Positions 12,483 to 24,140 are shown, counted from the first letter of the stretch. The stretch is DNA of 64,000 nt from Phoronis australis (GCA_002633005.1 NMRA01000001.1:963755-1027754), one strand, 5' to 3'. Made by a program: numbers and translations. The notes: generated by a model not told the origin, from the sequence alone.

Positions 12483-14894
12483 ATGAGCATTCCATTGTTT
12501 GCTCTACTTATTCGTGTGGTGCTTGTATTGTTGGCCTTAGAAGTGTATCAGTGGGTCGTTGCTCGGGAATGCAATCCTCTTCCAAATTCCAGGATAGCCT
12601 GCTATGAACTATTCCGTATTCAAAGTTTAGATATTGTAAGAAAGATTAAACAGCCACCTGACGAGACACGAGCAAAGAGAAGCAACGACTTCGTGGAGAA
12701 AAAAGTCTCCATGCGTTTCCGTGCATTCAAGAAAGAGTTTAACGTTAAGCTTGAAAACAGCAAACACTTGTTTACCAAACAGTTCCACGTCGAGGTAGTG
12801 GATAGCATCAGGAGAAATTTAACTCATGATCTTCACTTAGACAGGTTTTACACTGGATTTTTGCAAGGCGACAATAATTCAATTGTTTATGGCTGGCTGG
12901 AAGGCACGAACAAAGAATTCGATGGCGTAATATTAACGGGAAATGAGAGTTTCTTCGTTGAGTCCGCCCTGAAATATTTTGTAGACAATGATGAAAATAA
13001 GCTACATTCGGTGATTTACAGAGGAAGGGATATACATTTCAATGAATCGAAGCAATATTTCTTTGGTACGAAAAATGCAACCACTATTGTCGATTCCAGT
13101 GGTTTTCAGAATATTAATGAAATTTTGCGCTATAGACGGAAAGTTGATATAATTTTATCGAAACACAAAATTTGTCAAATACACGTCATCGCTGATCACT
13201 TGTTTTTCAAGTACGTTGCAGGGAACAGTGTTGGAGTAGCAGTAAAGGAAATCGTTCTGCACATTGCCTACGCAAATATCATTTACAATTTCACTGAATT
13301 TGATAAACTGCTTGGTACAACAATTGGTTTGAAGCTGCACAAAATATCACTGTTTAAAGATGCAAGTGGCCCTGGTTACAGTTTGGCAGGGGAAGTAAGG
13401 AACGCCGAAGAATATTTATTCAAGTTCTCAGAGATAGGTGAACAAAACTTTCGGAGTTTCTGTCTTGGAGTTGGATTCACGTACAGGGATTTTTCTGGCG
13501 TGCTTGGTCTTGCATACATTGGAAAACCCCATGGTGCCGGAATTTGTGGTTACTGCAAATATCGAGAAGGGGGTAGGCGGTGCTACAATACTGCAATAGT
13601 CACCTTTCTTAACCTTGGTAAGAAGGTATCTCGCTTAACTGGAACAGTAACAGTTGCCCACGAAATAGGACACAGTTTTGGAAGTGAACACGACAAAGTT
13701 GACCACCGAGTGTGCTCCCCTGGAGGTGGTGCGGGAAACTATCTCATGCATCCAATCGCTGGTACAAGCCAATTTCCCAACAACAAACTGTTTTCTGTCT
13801 GTAGCATAACTCAAATGTGGCCTGTGATTGAGTCGAATGGGTACTGTATGCTCGACGATAATGAACCACTGTGTGGTAACGCTGTTCGGGAAGCAGGCGA
13901 GGAGTGTGACTGCGGAGACAAAGATCATTGCGACGACTGGGACCACTGCTGTGTTCCGCCGGGTGACACGGTTCACAAGCCCTGCACTATCAGACGTCAC
14001 CTTGGTTACACGTGCAGCGCGACATCATCGCTGTGCTGTGATTCAACATATTGTCAACCAGTTGGTAAGATGGAACACAAAGTCTGCTGGGAAGGCTTCG
14101 AATGCTCTGGGAGTTCTATGTGCGACGGATTTAGCGCCTCTTGTCCGTTACCAACGCCGTACCCGGACGGAACTCCTTGCAGAGATGGCACCCTTTTGTG
14201 CTCGCGCGGAGTCTGCAGCCTTAGCAGATGCGCAGAACGTTCCATGAATCAATGCCAATGCATGCACAAAGACTTCCGGTGTTTTTTATGCTGTCAGAAC
14301 ATTAGCGGTGTTTGCGCACCCTATGACGAGCATCCGGGTCAAAGATCGTTCATAATTCTACGCCGTGGTGAGTTGTGCAACAATTACCGTGGGATGTGTG
14401 ATCACCGTGGAAACTGTTTTGAAAAAGACGCTGGCGCCGAGCAGAGGTTTCTTTATTTGTTTACCAGCAATGGAATATCTAGGGTAAAGTCTTGGCTTCA
14501 GCAGTATTGGTACATAGTTGTTGCTTGTGTTGCATTTTTAACTGTAGCAGGTGTTGCGGCGAAAACAAAGTTTTACGGATTTCACGTTAATCTAAATTTG
14601 TTAGCTCACAGAACTGGAAGCTTTGCAAGAGTCTGGTTTGAAGCGAGGCGTGCTATGGGACTGACCCTAACAAAGGCCCGCCTAGTCTATCATTTGAAGT
14701 TTAAATACTCAAAATGGTCTACAGAAATGCCCGTTGCCCGTGCACGATTGCGCATACTCTTTCCATCGGTCCCAAGAAACGTGATACGAATGTCCGTTAA
14801 ACAAAGTTCAAATGAAGAATGGGCAGTCAAACGCTTGTTAATGGAAGGCTTTCCATTTCATAAGCTCGACTGTGAAAGGTCGTCCGCCGTGTAA
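12483..14894 (+). CDS. ADAM10: ADAM10/kuzbanian-like disintegrin metalloprotease, copy 1 (intronless, 803 aa)
   Basis: Signal peptide, prodomain, furin-like sites RAKR and RYRR, RDFSGVLGLAY, zinc motif HEIGHSFGSEHD, Met-turn YLMHP, disintegrin CGN..EECDCG, Cys-rich domain, TM segment after WY, cytoplasmic tail. The symbol is family-level; one-to-one orthology is not established. Confidence 0.93.
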   Translation: MSIPLFALLIRVVLVLLALEVYQWVVARECNPLPNSRIACYELFRIQSLDIVRKIKQPPDETRAKRSNDFVEKKVSMRFRAFKKEFNVKLENSKHLFTKQFHVEVVDSIRRNLTHDLHLDRFYTGFLQGDNNSIVYGWLEGTNKEFDGVILTGNESFFVESALKYFVDNDENKLHSVIYRGRDIHFNESKQYFFGTKNATTIVDSSGFQNINEILRYRRKVDIILSKHKICQIHVIADHLFFKYVAGNSVGVAVKEIVLHIAYANIIYNFTEFDKLLGTTIGLKLHKISLFKDASGPGYSLAGEVRNAEEYLFKFSEIGEQNFRSFCLGVGFTYRDFSGVLGLAYIGKPHGAGICGYCKYREGGRRCYNTAIVTFLNLGKKVSRLTGTVTVAHEIGHSFGSEHDKVDHRVCSPGGGAGNYLMHPIAGTSQFPNNKLFSVCSITQMWPVIESNGYCMLDDNEPLCGNAVREAGEECDCGDKDHCDDWDHCCVPPGDTVHKPCTIRRHLGYTCSATSSLCCDSTYCQPVGKMEHKVCWEGFECSGSSMCDGFSASCPLPTPYPDGTPCRDGTLLCSRGVCSLSRCAERSMNQCQCMHKDFRCFLCCQNISGVCAPYDEHPGQRSFIILRRGELCNNYRGMCDHRGNCFEKDAGAEQRFLYLFTSNGISRVKSWLQQYWYIVVACVAFLTVAGVAAKTKFYGFHVNLNLLAHRTGSFARVWFEARRAMGLTLTKARLVYHLKFKYSKWSTEMPVARARLRILFPSVPRNVIRMSVKQSSNEEWAVKRLLMEGFPFHKLDCERSSAV

Positions 14895-14945
14895 CTCACT
14901 AAGTGTGCGAATTTGGTTACTAGAGTAATTTTCAGACTATTTTCA

Positions 14946-14951
14946 AATAAA
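14946..14951 (+). promoter_or_regulatory. Candidate polyadenylation signal of ADAM copy 1
   Basis: AATAAA ~50 bp after the stop codon. Confidence 0.4.
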
Positions 14952-17444
14952 ACCCATGAGACACGTGATCTCTCCCCAAGTATGGCGGCTTCCTGGAATT
15001 TAAATATGGCCGTCACTATAGCATGAGTAACTATCGGGAGCTCAAAATGTGTAACATTACGGACGTTTTGACGGTGCTTAATGTTGTAATTGAGACATAT
15101 ATGATATCATGACACAAGACAGAAAATAATTGCCGGCAGCCAAATTGGAAGGGAGGGGGAGGGGAAGGGGAGAGGGGGGACTCAAAAGAGGGAGAGTACG
15201 TTAGCGTGAATGTACATAATTTCATATTTGTAATGTTTGCTTTATATTTTATACTCGTTTTCAATATACTCCATGTAACGTTGAAATACTTTTTAGTTAA
15301 CAGTTTGTTTTTTCAAACTGTATTTACTTTTGAAATTACAGTTTTGTCGGTTCTTCGCACTCTGCAATTCACTGAAGAGCAGACGAGACGATTACACTCT
15401 GCCGGCAACGACATTTGTAAGGTTGGTAGGTCTTTGATTTTGATTTGGTCGCGTTGTTTTTTTTTTCTGATTTTGGCTTTCAAACTTGCTGAATCGACTG
15501 CCTTAATTGCAAAAAAACAGGGAAAAGCCAGCCGAGCTCACGGCCCAACTCATTGGTTCTACGTAAAAGTCGGCGCTTGTTCTATGTTCAGCTTGTGTGG
15601 ACTGGGACTACGGGGTTCTGGGTTGTGGGTCGAGAGGGTCGTGGGTTGTGGGGGTCGAGGGGGTTACAGAACAATCCCCTGCTGATGCATCATTGACGCC
15701 GGTCAATCTTCCAAGTTCAAGGCGGGAATCAATTAAAAACTTGTGCTCCCCATGGTCCTTGGTGGGTGGTTTTATCCCACAGTTACCGTGTAATTTTCTA
15801 ATGGCGTAGCTAATGCTTGCCCGTTCCGCAGACTTCAAATTTTCCTCCAAACTTTTGAGGGTTATCGAGGGTTACAATGCCCTATTTTTTCAGAGAACTG
15901 GATGGGAAAGTCAATATTTGGTATCTGTTAATAGGCTAAAACCAGGTAATATATCCTTTTGAAGAAAAATGTTCATTTTTGAAGAAAATGTACGAACTTG
16001 GCTACCAGTGTATTTTTATGCTCTTCTCAAAAAGCCCGTGTAATGTGGTCACGGCGGTAATTTACTAGGGACAATATGGTGGAAACGTGATTATATAACT
16101 TTCTAATTTCTCAATTTCTAAAAATAGGTAAATAAAACAACAAGAATGGATCAACTGAAATTTTCAGATGTAATAACGTCCTTTGTCAACAGAAACAGAA
16201 ATAAAGTAACTATAAGTAGCAGTAATGAAATACATTAATTACTGTTTTAAGTTGTGAGTGACAGCTATCATTGGACAATGGTGGACAATTTGAAGCGTTT
16301 CAAATTTTAAAGTATTGTAGGAATTGTTATTTTTGTTAAAACTAATAAGATTTTACCATAATTGAAGGGCTGTGATGACGAAGGTACGACACTTTGACGT
16401 ACTTGTCTAGAGCTCGAAACTGGCGCCTGAGGACACAACTTGTTCTCAACTAGAAACCAATATTGTTCTGTGATTGGGTTTCAAGTAGATTCCGTGAAAA
16501 TATGGGTTTCTGGTAGAGAACTCGAGGGTCCAAGTTCAGACTCGAATTTATAACTTTAATGCCGATGTCAACAAGTACAAACTATTGATTAGACTGCCAT
16601 CCACTCAAAGCATAGAACACTCGAGGGCAAGATAACAGATACTCATACCTTGAGTTCGTCCAAAAGTAGAACAGAAAATTCAGAACACGTTTTCTAGTTC
16701 AATTTCGAACACTAAAATAGACCCCGAGCCTAGACTCTGGCAACAAACTAGAGTTCAAACTCTTCAACTTTTGAGTTAACACCTTTAACTTTTGACTTTA
16801 ATGCTGGGGTCATCAAGTGCAAAATATGTGTTCATATTTATCGCCGTAAATCATAATGTAATTGATCACAGAATAATGGACACTTATTAAGCTGACACTT
16901 AATTGAAACACCAATATCAAAAAGAAGTTTCGGAGATAAAAGCACATAATCACGAGACACCCTGCTGTGATGAACACATCACATCATATCAGACGCCTTT
17001 AAGACAAGGACGAAACGCCACGTTTTCCAGTAAAATGTAAGTTCCACCTCCGTCTTTGAACCTCTACTAGATGAGTCAAAACATTCATTCGTGTATGGTT
17101 AATTGTAACAAATAAAACCGACATTGCGTGATCGTTTTGATTAGAAAACCCATCATGAATTCAACAAAACTTTATGAAATTACTGCAAATCTTACCTATT
17201 ACCACAAAACTGTCACCGATTATTCTTGCGTAGTTCCACGCATTTTTCCGTGATAAAGTCGAAGATGTCTGACTCACTCAAAGGTGACCGGCTTATCTAC
17301 GTTTAAGTTTACCTACACTGAATCACGTGAACGGCTTTGGGCAACGCTCGTCAGGCTTCTGTGTTAAAATGCGTTAATTACTTCTTACTTATTTGATGAA
17401 TTTTGCAGTTTTTAAAAAACAAATAAACTAAAGACGGCCATTAC

Positions 17445-17592
17445 CACTGGCGGCCAAGGGGGCCAAGCCCCCCCCCCCTAAAATTCTCCCAGATTCCATT
17501 TGGTAGTTCGGGGATGCGAATGTCTGGCGGTCAAAATCCTGACTAATAATCTGCACTGGACCCCCTAACTCAAAATCCTGGATCCGCCCCTG
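17445..17592 (-). mobile_element. MITE family A copy, 5-bp TSD ATTAC
   Basis: Reverse-strand homolog of 1028-1195; ATTAC at 17440-17444 and 17593-17597. Confidence 0.85.
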
Positions 17593-18812
17593 ATTACAGC
17601 ACCTGTCGCGACCGTAAAGTATTGCTTGGAACAGAAATTGTGAACAAAACATTGAGTGTTCGACTGCTGACACAAAACTACGTTTTCTGGATTGCTGTTT
17701 GAGCACCGTAGCGACTCCAAACTTCGGAATTCGCTATCTCGAAAGAGTCCATCGATTTTCTGACTACACAGCGTCTTAAAGTGAAGGTTGTGTGTCTCAG
17801 AATTTTATTAGAATTTTCATTTTTTCTATGTCGTATTTTCATGTGAAAAGTACTAAACTCTGAACGTATTTTTGCGATTAAAAACGTCGGCGTTAATTGT
17901 GGACAATCCAAGACACTGCGTTTGAGCATATTGATCAATTAAAGCTTTAATGTAGAAAGTTTGGTGAATTCTGGTGAAAGGACGTTTTCCCTATCAGTGT
18001 GTCTTTCAAAAAATGTTTTGTTCCAAAAACGCTTGGTCACGTGACAACAAGAATGAACTAGTGCTGTGACAGACACGAATAGATGCGTATCAACTCCTAG
18101 TTTCAGCAAATATGTGAATACAACATTTCAACTTGGGATACGTAACCTTCATGCAGCTACAAATTCCCGTGATTAAGACCATCACCAAAATCTGATCCTC
18201 TTTGGTCCTAACTCAAACAAATGAGAAGGGGTATCTGGGCTAAGAGAAAAAAACAAACACAAAATGTCCGTTTACTATTGCTTAGACAAAGCTTGTCGTA
18301 TAAGATGGCACGCCATGACAAGCTAACTTGTGGTGCCTCAAAGTTCTCAATCATGAATGAACTGCTGGTTTATTCTAAGCCTAGAAATCACGTCTAATTT
18401 GGCTTAGGAACAACTTGAAACCAATTTTATGAGAGGAATTGTCAAAATCAACGGGCCTATTGAACACAAAACGTACCGAGAGTGGTTTAGATGAAATAAT
18501 ATCCCACGAGACATTATTCCGCGTGAGTTTCTTTCGTTTTCTTTCGGGATTTTACAAATACTTCTGTTTACGTGGCGAATCACAGCCTGTTGTGTATGTA
18601 CGTGCGCGCTATGTTGCTAACTTACTATAGTAAAAGAAAACAGTATTAAACGTAACGGTTTTTACTTGAAATTGATAAAAAGCGTGACAGTTATTGTAAA
18701 TTGAACTTGTACCATATTTCGAAAATAAATAAGAATATTTATAACATTGTAAAATCCTCACCGGGTAGCTGCACTCATTCATCAAACTAGGTCATTGGTC
18801 GAATCGCGTAGC

Positions 18813-20100
18813 CTACACGTCGTCTGTTTTCACGAAGATGTTAAAAGCGCCACTGTTGATGACAGCTCCAGCGAATTTGCCTGTTGTAGCGTTGTTGCAG
18901 GTACGTTGGCGCATTTCTACGGATTCTGTAGCATGGATAGGTTCACGTGTTGCTGGTACGGTCGTTGTTGCTGCTCGTGTAATACTGTCGCCGATAGTAT
19001 CGGGTGCTGTCATGGCCAATGACCCTTTGGCAATGTTGGATTTGAGCGTGATTTTTGCACTTGCAGTTGATGTGACCGTAGTTTGCAGAATGTTGGACAT
19101 TGCTCTCTGCTGTGTAGTGGACGCTGATGCATAGTTGTTCAAACTTGCTATATTTTTGTGTCCACTGAGATCACGATTGTGTTAGGTGGTATGCCTGCAT
19201 GACGAATTAGTTTTGCGCCCACGGTTCGCCTTACGCTCGGCTGTGGTTGGTTCTCTTACTGGCAGGAAGCCTGCTCCTTGTGTATTTTTCATGAAAAAAG
19301 CTATTGTGTTTTTGCCCATTGATTCTTGTACCATATTTCGGAGTCGAGGTTTCTGCAGTGGTTGATGTTGAGATAGAAATAGGTTAGTCAGGTGTGTGTT
19401 TGGTGGTCTTAAGTAGCAACGGGGCACCTTGACGGATCGGACGTATGAGCAAATGGTTATGGATTAGGCTAAATGGTCTAGCTAATGTCGATGCCAGTGC
19501 CGAACCTTGTTTTCGTTTCCCTTTCGTTGACGTCTAGGTATTGCATGGTTGCCAGATTTGTCATCAAGCAAATGCATGTCTGCCCACTGTAGATGGCGGC
19601 TTTCATGTGAATCCCGGAAACCAAACAGTTTGGTATTTAAGAACCATACTGTGTTGAAGAGTGCTTGTGGTGAATGTTTCCCAAGTTGACCCCACAACAA
19701 CAGTTCTTCCTCGTCATCTGTCAGTAATTCTGCCCTGTTTTTTCGGTTTCCTTTTCCTTGTTGTTTCAAGTCACATCGACGAGCAAAAAGCACGTCTTTG
19801 GAAAGCCGGAATGTGGTTGGGTTGTCTACCACAGTGACTGCATGGGCAGCCAATTTAAGTCTTTTATGTGTTGTTCAATGGCCCTGTGAAAAGATGTTAC
19901 AGTGTCCGGCTCATCGGGCTTCGCCAATGCCATTAGAAAGCCAGCTACGAGGGTGTCTAGCTGTTTCGGGGATATGTCCAGCAACTTTCTATTTTCATTG
20001 AGTTCAACTAGGCAAGCAGCAAATCTCTTGGTTGCACTTACAGTTTTCTTGACAGAGTTGATTTTTTCAGTCGATGAAATCTTTTGCTAAAATTTACTTG
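18813..20100 (-). mobile_element. Decayed Crypton-type tyrosine-recombinase element (DUF3504-like), frameshifted
   Basis: Minus-strand fragments in order: ...SPKQLDTLVAGFL..., LKQQGKGNRKNRAELLTDDEEELL..GQLGKHSPQALFNTVWFLNTKLFGFR...RHLQWAD, SMGKNTIAFFMK, and SGHKNIASLNNYA (catalytic H and Y region). These fit animal Crypton/DUF3504 motifs. Boundaries approximate. Confidence 0.8.
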
Positions 20101-20664
20101 CCATCACTTTGAGTTTCTCATTTTGCTTTTTCTGTTGCACTCCCTATTCTTTTAATTCAATCAACTCCTGAATTTCTGGATCCTCGTAGTTTAAATTGAA
20201 CATTCTAAGATTGAAATTCATTATTTTTGTGGTCGAGAGTTACAGACGCTGTATTTCAGCAAATGACGGGGACAAAAGTGTCATATAATGAACAGTTTTG
20301 TACCAAATGTTATATTTGGGACCTGCTTGCATGTTGAGTGTTATTTATACTGCTGCAGTTTCATTCCTTGAAACTATTTTGGGAAAGTTTGATGATAGAT
20401 CTCGTTACCGACGCCTTGTCCACATTAACCTGATTTTGTACTTTCCACTTTTGAGTATAGAGGGCACTGTTAAAAGTAGTGCAGGGGGTGCGGAAAACAT
20501 TATTACATGGCAGTATTTCCCTCGACTGATTCAACGCGTATGTGGTAAAAAAGACATACGAAATGTGCGACAATGAACATGAATTGTGTGCGAATATGTG
20601 TCTATGCGATTAACTTAAATATTTCATGAAAAAAATTGTGCATTCACATAAGATAGAGATAAAC

Positions 20665-23040
20665 ATGATACCAACGCTTGTGATATTATTCTTATTATCT
20701 CTCGGATTTTGCGTGGATGGAGACGGAAGCAACTGTAGACCTCTTCCAAATACAAAAATTAAGTGTTACGAATCATTTAGAATAAGTTCACTACGTGTAA
20801 TAAAAAGGAAAAGAGAAGACAACATCCGACAGAGATCACGTCGGTCTAAAAGAACAGATCGTGGCGCTGCGTACACAAATAACGTCTTGATGCATTTCAA
20901 AGCCTTCGGAAAAGAGTTTTACCTGGACTTAGAGCCGGACAGGGAGTTGTTTACAGACAACTTCCACATTGAAACAAAAGGCAAGGTAGTGTCGAAATTA
21001 ACTTTCAACTTGTTGAGGACAGGGGTGTTTTATGCTGGATTTGTTCGAGGTGACAATTATTCTCATGCTTACGGCTGGCTAGAAGAGCAAAATGCCGAGT
21101 TTGACGGCATCCTCACGACAAAAGACGAATGTTACTCGATTGAGCCCGCAAAAAGATATGGATTGAATCTGCAATCTGTCATTTATAGAGGGAATGATTT
21201 GAGCTCGGAATTTTCTTACTGTGGTTTGCAAAAATTACCTCGAGCATTTAATGACCATAGCAGACAATTTCGCCATAAACGACAGACGGAGACTGAAACG
21301 ATGAAAAGCAAAATTTGCCATTTGCATGTCGTCGCCGATCATTTGTTTTTTAGGCATGCTGCAGAGAGCAGCATCGGATCTACAGTCAAAGAAATAATAC
21401 TCTATGTTGCTTATGCAAATGCCATGTATCAGCATACCAAATTTGATACCATTCACAGAACACAAATTGGATTGAAATTGCACAGAATTTCGCTGTTTAG
21501 AGATGAAAATGATCCTGGCAACACTCTGTCTGACAAAATTAAAGTTGCCAAGACGTATTTAGAGACATTCGCTTCCTCAGATGTCAGTAATTTTCAGAGT
21601 TTTTGTTTGGGATTAGGTTTTACATACAGAGACTTCCCTGACGGCGTCTTAGGCCTTTCCTACCTCGGAAGCAATCACGGGACTGGAATCTGTGGCTTAT
21701 GCGTTAATATGGAACACACCCACAGATGCTTGAACTCTGCCATAGTATCATTTTTTAATTATGGGAAACGGGTTACGCGCTTGGTTGGAACTGTAGCCGT
21801 CGCTCACGAAATAGGTCATAGTTTCGGTTCAAAACATGACTTCATTGAACACAAAGCTTGTGCACCTGGCGGGGGCGCCGGGAACTTTTTAATGTATCCC
21901 CAAGCTGGCACTGGTCAAGATCCCAACAATAAAATTTTTTCAATCTGTAGCATTCATCAAATGTGGCCTGTAATTGAAAATTTTGGTTTTTGTATGCTGA
22001 ACAAGGATACGTCCGTGTGTGGTAACGCCGTTCAGGAACATGACGAGGAATGCGACTGTGGAGAGAAGGATACTTGCGACGACTGGGATCATTGCTGTGT
22101 GCCGCCAGGTGATAAGGAACATAAACCGTGCACTATCAGGCGTCACCTTGGTTACACGTGCAGCGCGACATCGAAGTTGTGCTGCGACGCAGAAACATGC
22201 CAACCAGTTGCAAAGGCTAAGCAAAAGGTTTGCGTGAAGGGCTTTGAATGCGTGCGGTCATCTACTTGCAACGGAGTCGATTCTACATGTCCCATTCCGT
22301 CAATTTTGCCTAATGGAACACCTTGCAGATCGGGAAGTCTTATATGTTCAGGGGGAGTGTGCAACACAACAATGTGTGCGCAATTAGGGTTTCAACAGTG
22401 TCAGTGCAAACACAAGGAGTTTCTGTGCGTGTTGTGTTGCCAAGATGCAAACGGCACGTGCGTGCCACATGGTCTTGATCAAGGAAAGGGAACGCTAATT
22501 CAACTCAACCGAGGTGAACTGTGCGGCGGAAATCAAGGAACTTGCAACATGCTTGGAAAATGTTTCTTTCGGGACTTAGACGCACATGGGTATTTTCTTT
22601 TTTTGTTCACCAAAGGAGGCTTGTCTTCAATAACAGCCTGGATAAAACAACATTGGTACGTTATTTTTGCAATTGTGGTTGTTTTGCTGGCAACTGGGAT
22701 CGTCTTGAAGTCCAAGCGCTATATGTACTCAGAGGAAGAAAACCCAAATTTTATGGCATATCAGATTGGCAACTTTGCGAGAATAATGTTTGAAGCAAAA
22801 CGCCTCTTCACTTTGTTTCGAACAAATCTTTTTCTTGTCCTGAGGTTAACAAATACATGTAGGTATAAAATTGCAGTTCCTGATGCTCTTGCAAGAATGA
22901 CAATCATATTTCCAACTGCTCCGAAGGAAACGATTCAGAAGACGGTGAGTGAATGCTCAACAGAAGATTGGGCAATAAGGCGTTTGCTGATGGCAGGTTT
23001 TCCTTTACAAAAGCATTCTTCCCCGAATGTCTCGTCTTAG
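20665..23040 (+). CDS. ADAM10: ADAM10/kuzbanian-like disintegrin metalloprotease, copy 2 (intronless)
   Basis: HEIGHSFGSKHD, FLMYP Met-turn, YCG cysteine switch, RSKR/RHKR furin sites, disintegrin, Cys-rich, TM, tail. Start placed at MIPT (20665) by homology to copies 3 and 4; an in-frame ATG at 20626 is the alternative. Symbol is family-level. Confidence 0.93.
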   Translation: MIPTLVILFLLSLGFCVDGDGSNCRPLPNTKIKCYESFRISSLRVIKRKREDNIRQRSRRSKRTDRGAAYTNNVLMHFKAFGKEFYLDLEPDRELFTDNFHIETKGKVVSKLTFNLLRTGVFYAGFVRGDNYSHAYGWLEEQNAEFDGILTTKDECYSIEPAKRYGLNLQSVIYRGNDLSSEFSYCGLQKLPRAFNDHSRQFRHKRQTETETMKSKICHLHVVADHLFFRHAAESSIGSTVKEIILYVAYANAMYQHTKFDTIHRTQIGLKLHRISLFRDENDPGNTLSDKIKVAKTYLETFASSDVSNFQSFCLGLGFTYRDFPDGVLGLSYLGSNHGTGICGLCVNMEHTHRCLNSAIVSFFNYGKRVTRLVGTVAVAHEIGHSFGSKHDFIEHKACAPGGGAGNFLMYPQAGTGQDPNNKIFSICSIHQMWPVIENFGFCMLNKDTSVCGNAVQEHDEECDCGEKDTCDDWDHCCVPPGDKEHKPCTIRRHLGYTCSATSKLCCDAETCQPVAKAKQKVCVKGFECVRSSTCNGVDSTCPIPSILPNGTPCRSGSLICSGGVCNTTMCAQLGFQQCQCKHKEFLCVLCCQDANGTCVPHGLDQGKGTLIQLNRGELCGGNQGTCNMLGKCFFRDLDAHGYFLFLFTKGGLSSITAWIKQHWYVIFAIVVVLLATGIVLKSKRYMYSEEENPNFMAYQIGNFARIMFEAKRLFTLFRTNLFLVLRLTNTCRYKIAVPDALARMTIIFPTAPKETIQKTVSECSTEDWAIRRLLMAGFPLQKHSSPNVSS

Positions 23041-23404
23041 CGCTTTTGCAAAAGAAAATTACAGTTCACCATCATCGCCAATATCAGTAAGAGTACTTGT
23101 GTTTCACTGCACGATGCCATTTCCCGTAACAAGAGTAGTCAACAACATCAGAATGAAAGTTGATCAGACAGCAGTCGCGGGAACTGTGTACTTTTCGCAA
23201 CACCTGCACAGCATAACGAAAGAGGTCAGAAAAGTACAATGTGCAGTGTAGTTTGTCGCTGTGAGCTAGACCATGGCAGCTGAAAAGATCAGAAAACGAT
23301 GGCCAATTCGGGCTCCTGAAGGGAGAATAAAACTCATAGCGATGGTGGAAATTGTTGACAATCGCAGCTAGGATTGGGGTCAGTCTTGATTTTTATGTCT
23401 TAAA

Positions 23405-23477
23405 CATGGGCGGCGCAGCACTGAAAAAAGTGGGGGGGGACTATAGCCCCCCAGCCCCCAATGGTGCGCCGCCCATG
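23405..23477 (+). mobile_element. 73-bp micro-MITE, CATGGGCGGCGCA termini, 5-bp TSD TTAAA
   Basis: Perfect 13-bp TIR catgggcggcgca / tgcgccgcccatg; TTAAA on both sides; a diverged second copy lies at ~25496-25581. Confidence 0.75.
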
Positions 23478-23827
23478 TTAAACATTGAATTCACTCTTTC
23501 GGTATTCCGCGAGCAATTTTGTCTATATAGTGTACACTTATACAATTAACAAATAGACAATACAAGGATGTTTGAAATATCACTATTTTGTTTGTAATGA
23601 CAGGTAAGTGCCAGGAATCACTGAGGCAACTAAAATCCATAGAACAAAGACTTATTGTCAAAATGGCCTGCATAGCTGAGCCTGCCGAGGTCATATTTTG
23701 CGGCCAGTCAGGGACAAGAAAACCAATCTTACTACGAATAGTAATGGCTAACAGTTGCTGATAATTCTTGCACAACAATCTCAATTCACAGTGTCATATT
23801 AGTCTGTTGTTGTAACGGTACAAACTG

Positions 23828-24140
23828 GGGTGTGCTTCATGAAAGTGGCTAAACAAGATTTACGACACAAATTTGGTCTGGCTCCCATTTCACCATTGCG
23901 CATCACAGTATAGAAATAATTAAACTTGTCTCTGTAATTAGCTGTAGGGTTTAGCGCATCACAGTATAGAAATAATTAAACTTGTCTCTGTAATTAGCAG
24001 TTTTAATTTATATTCTCAAAGTAAATTTTGCATTGTTGCTCCAATGAGTTTTAATTATTTTTTCAGAAACAATTATGATAGAGCGTAATACACCAATTTT
24101 TTGTCTTAAGTCCTACGTCACTTTTTATGAGGAAGACTCC
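23828..24140. mobile_element. Putative MITE with an internal 45-bp tandem duplication; relative at ~37866-38113
   Basis: Imperfect inverted ends (cttcatgaaagtggcta / tacgtcactttttatgagg). gcgcatcacagtatagaaataattaaacttgtctctgtaattagc occurs twice within ~23898-23998. Confidence 0.45.

Noticed and set aside
15367-15420. CTGAAGA-GCAGA...TCTGC hammerhead-like motif
   Set aside because: The GAAA core is replaced by GGCAA and no convincing stem I/III is present; at best a dead relic.
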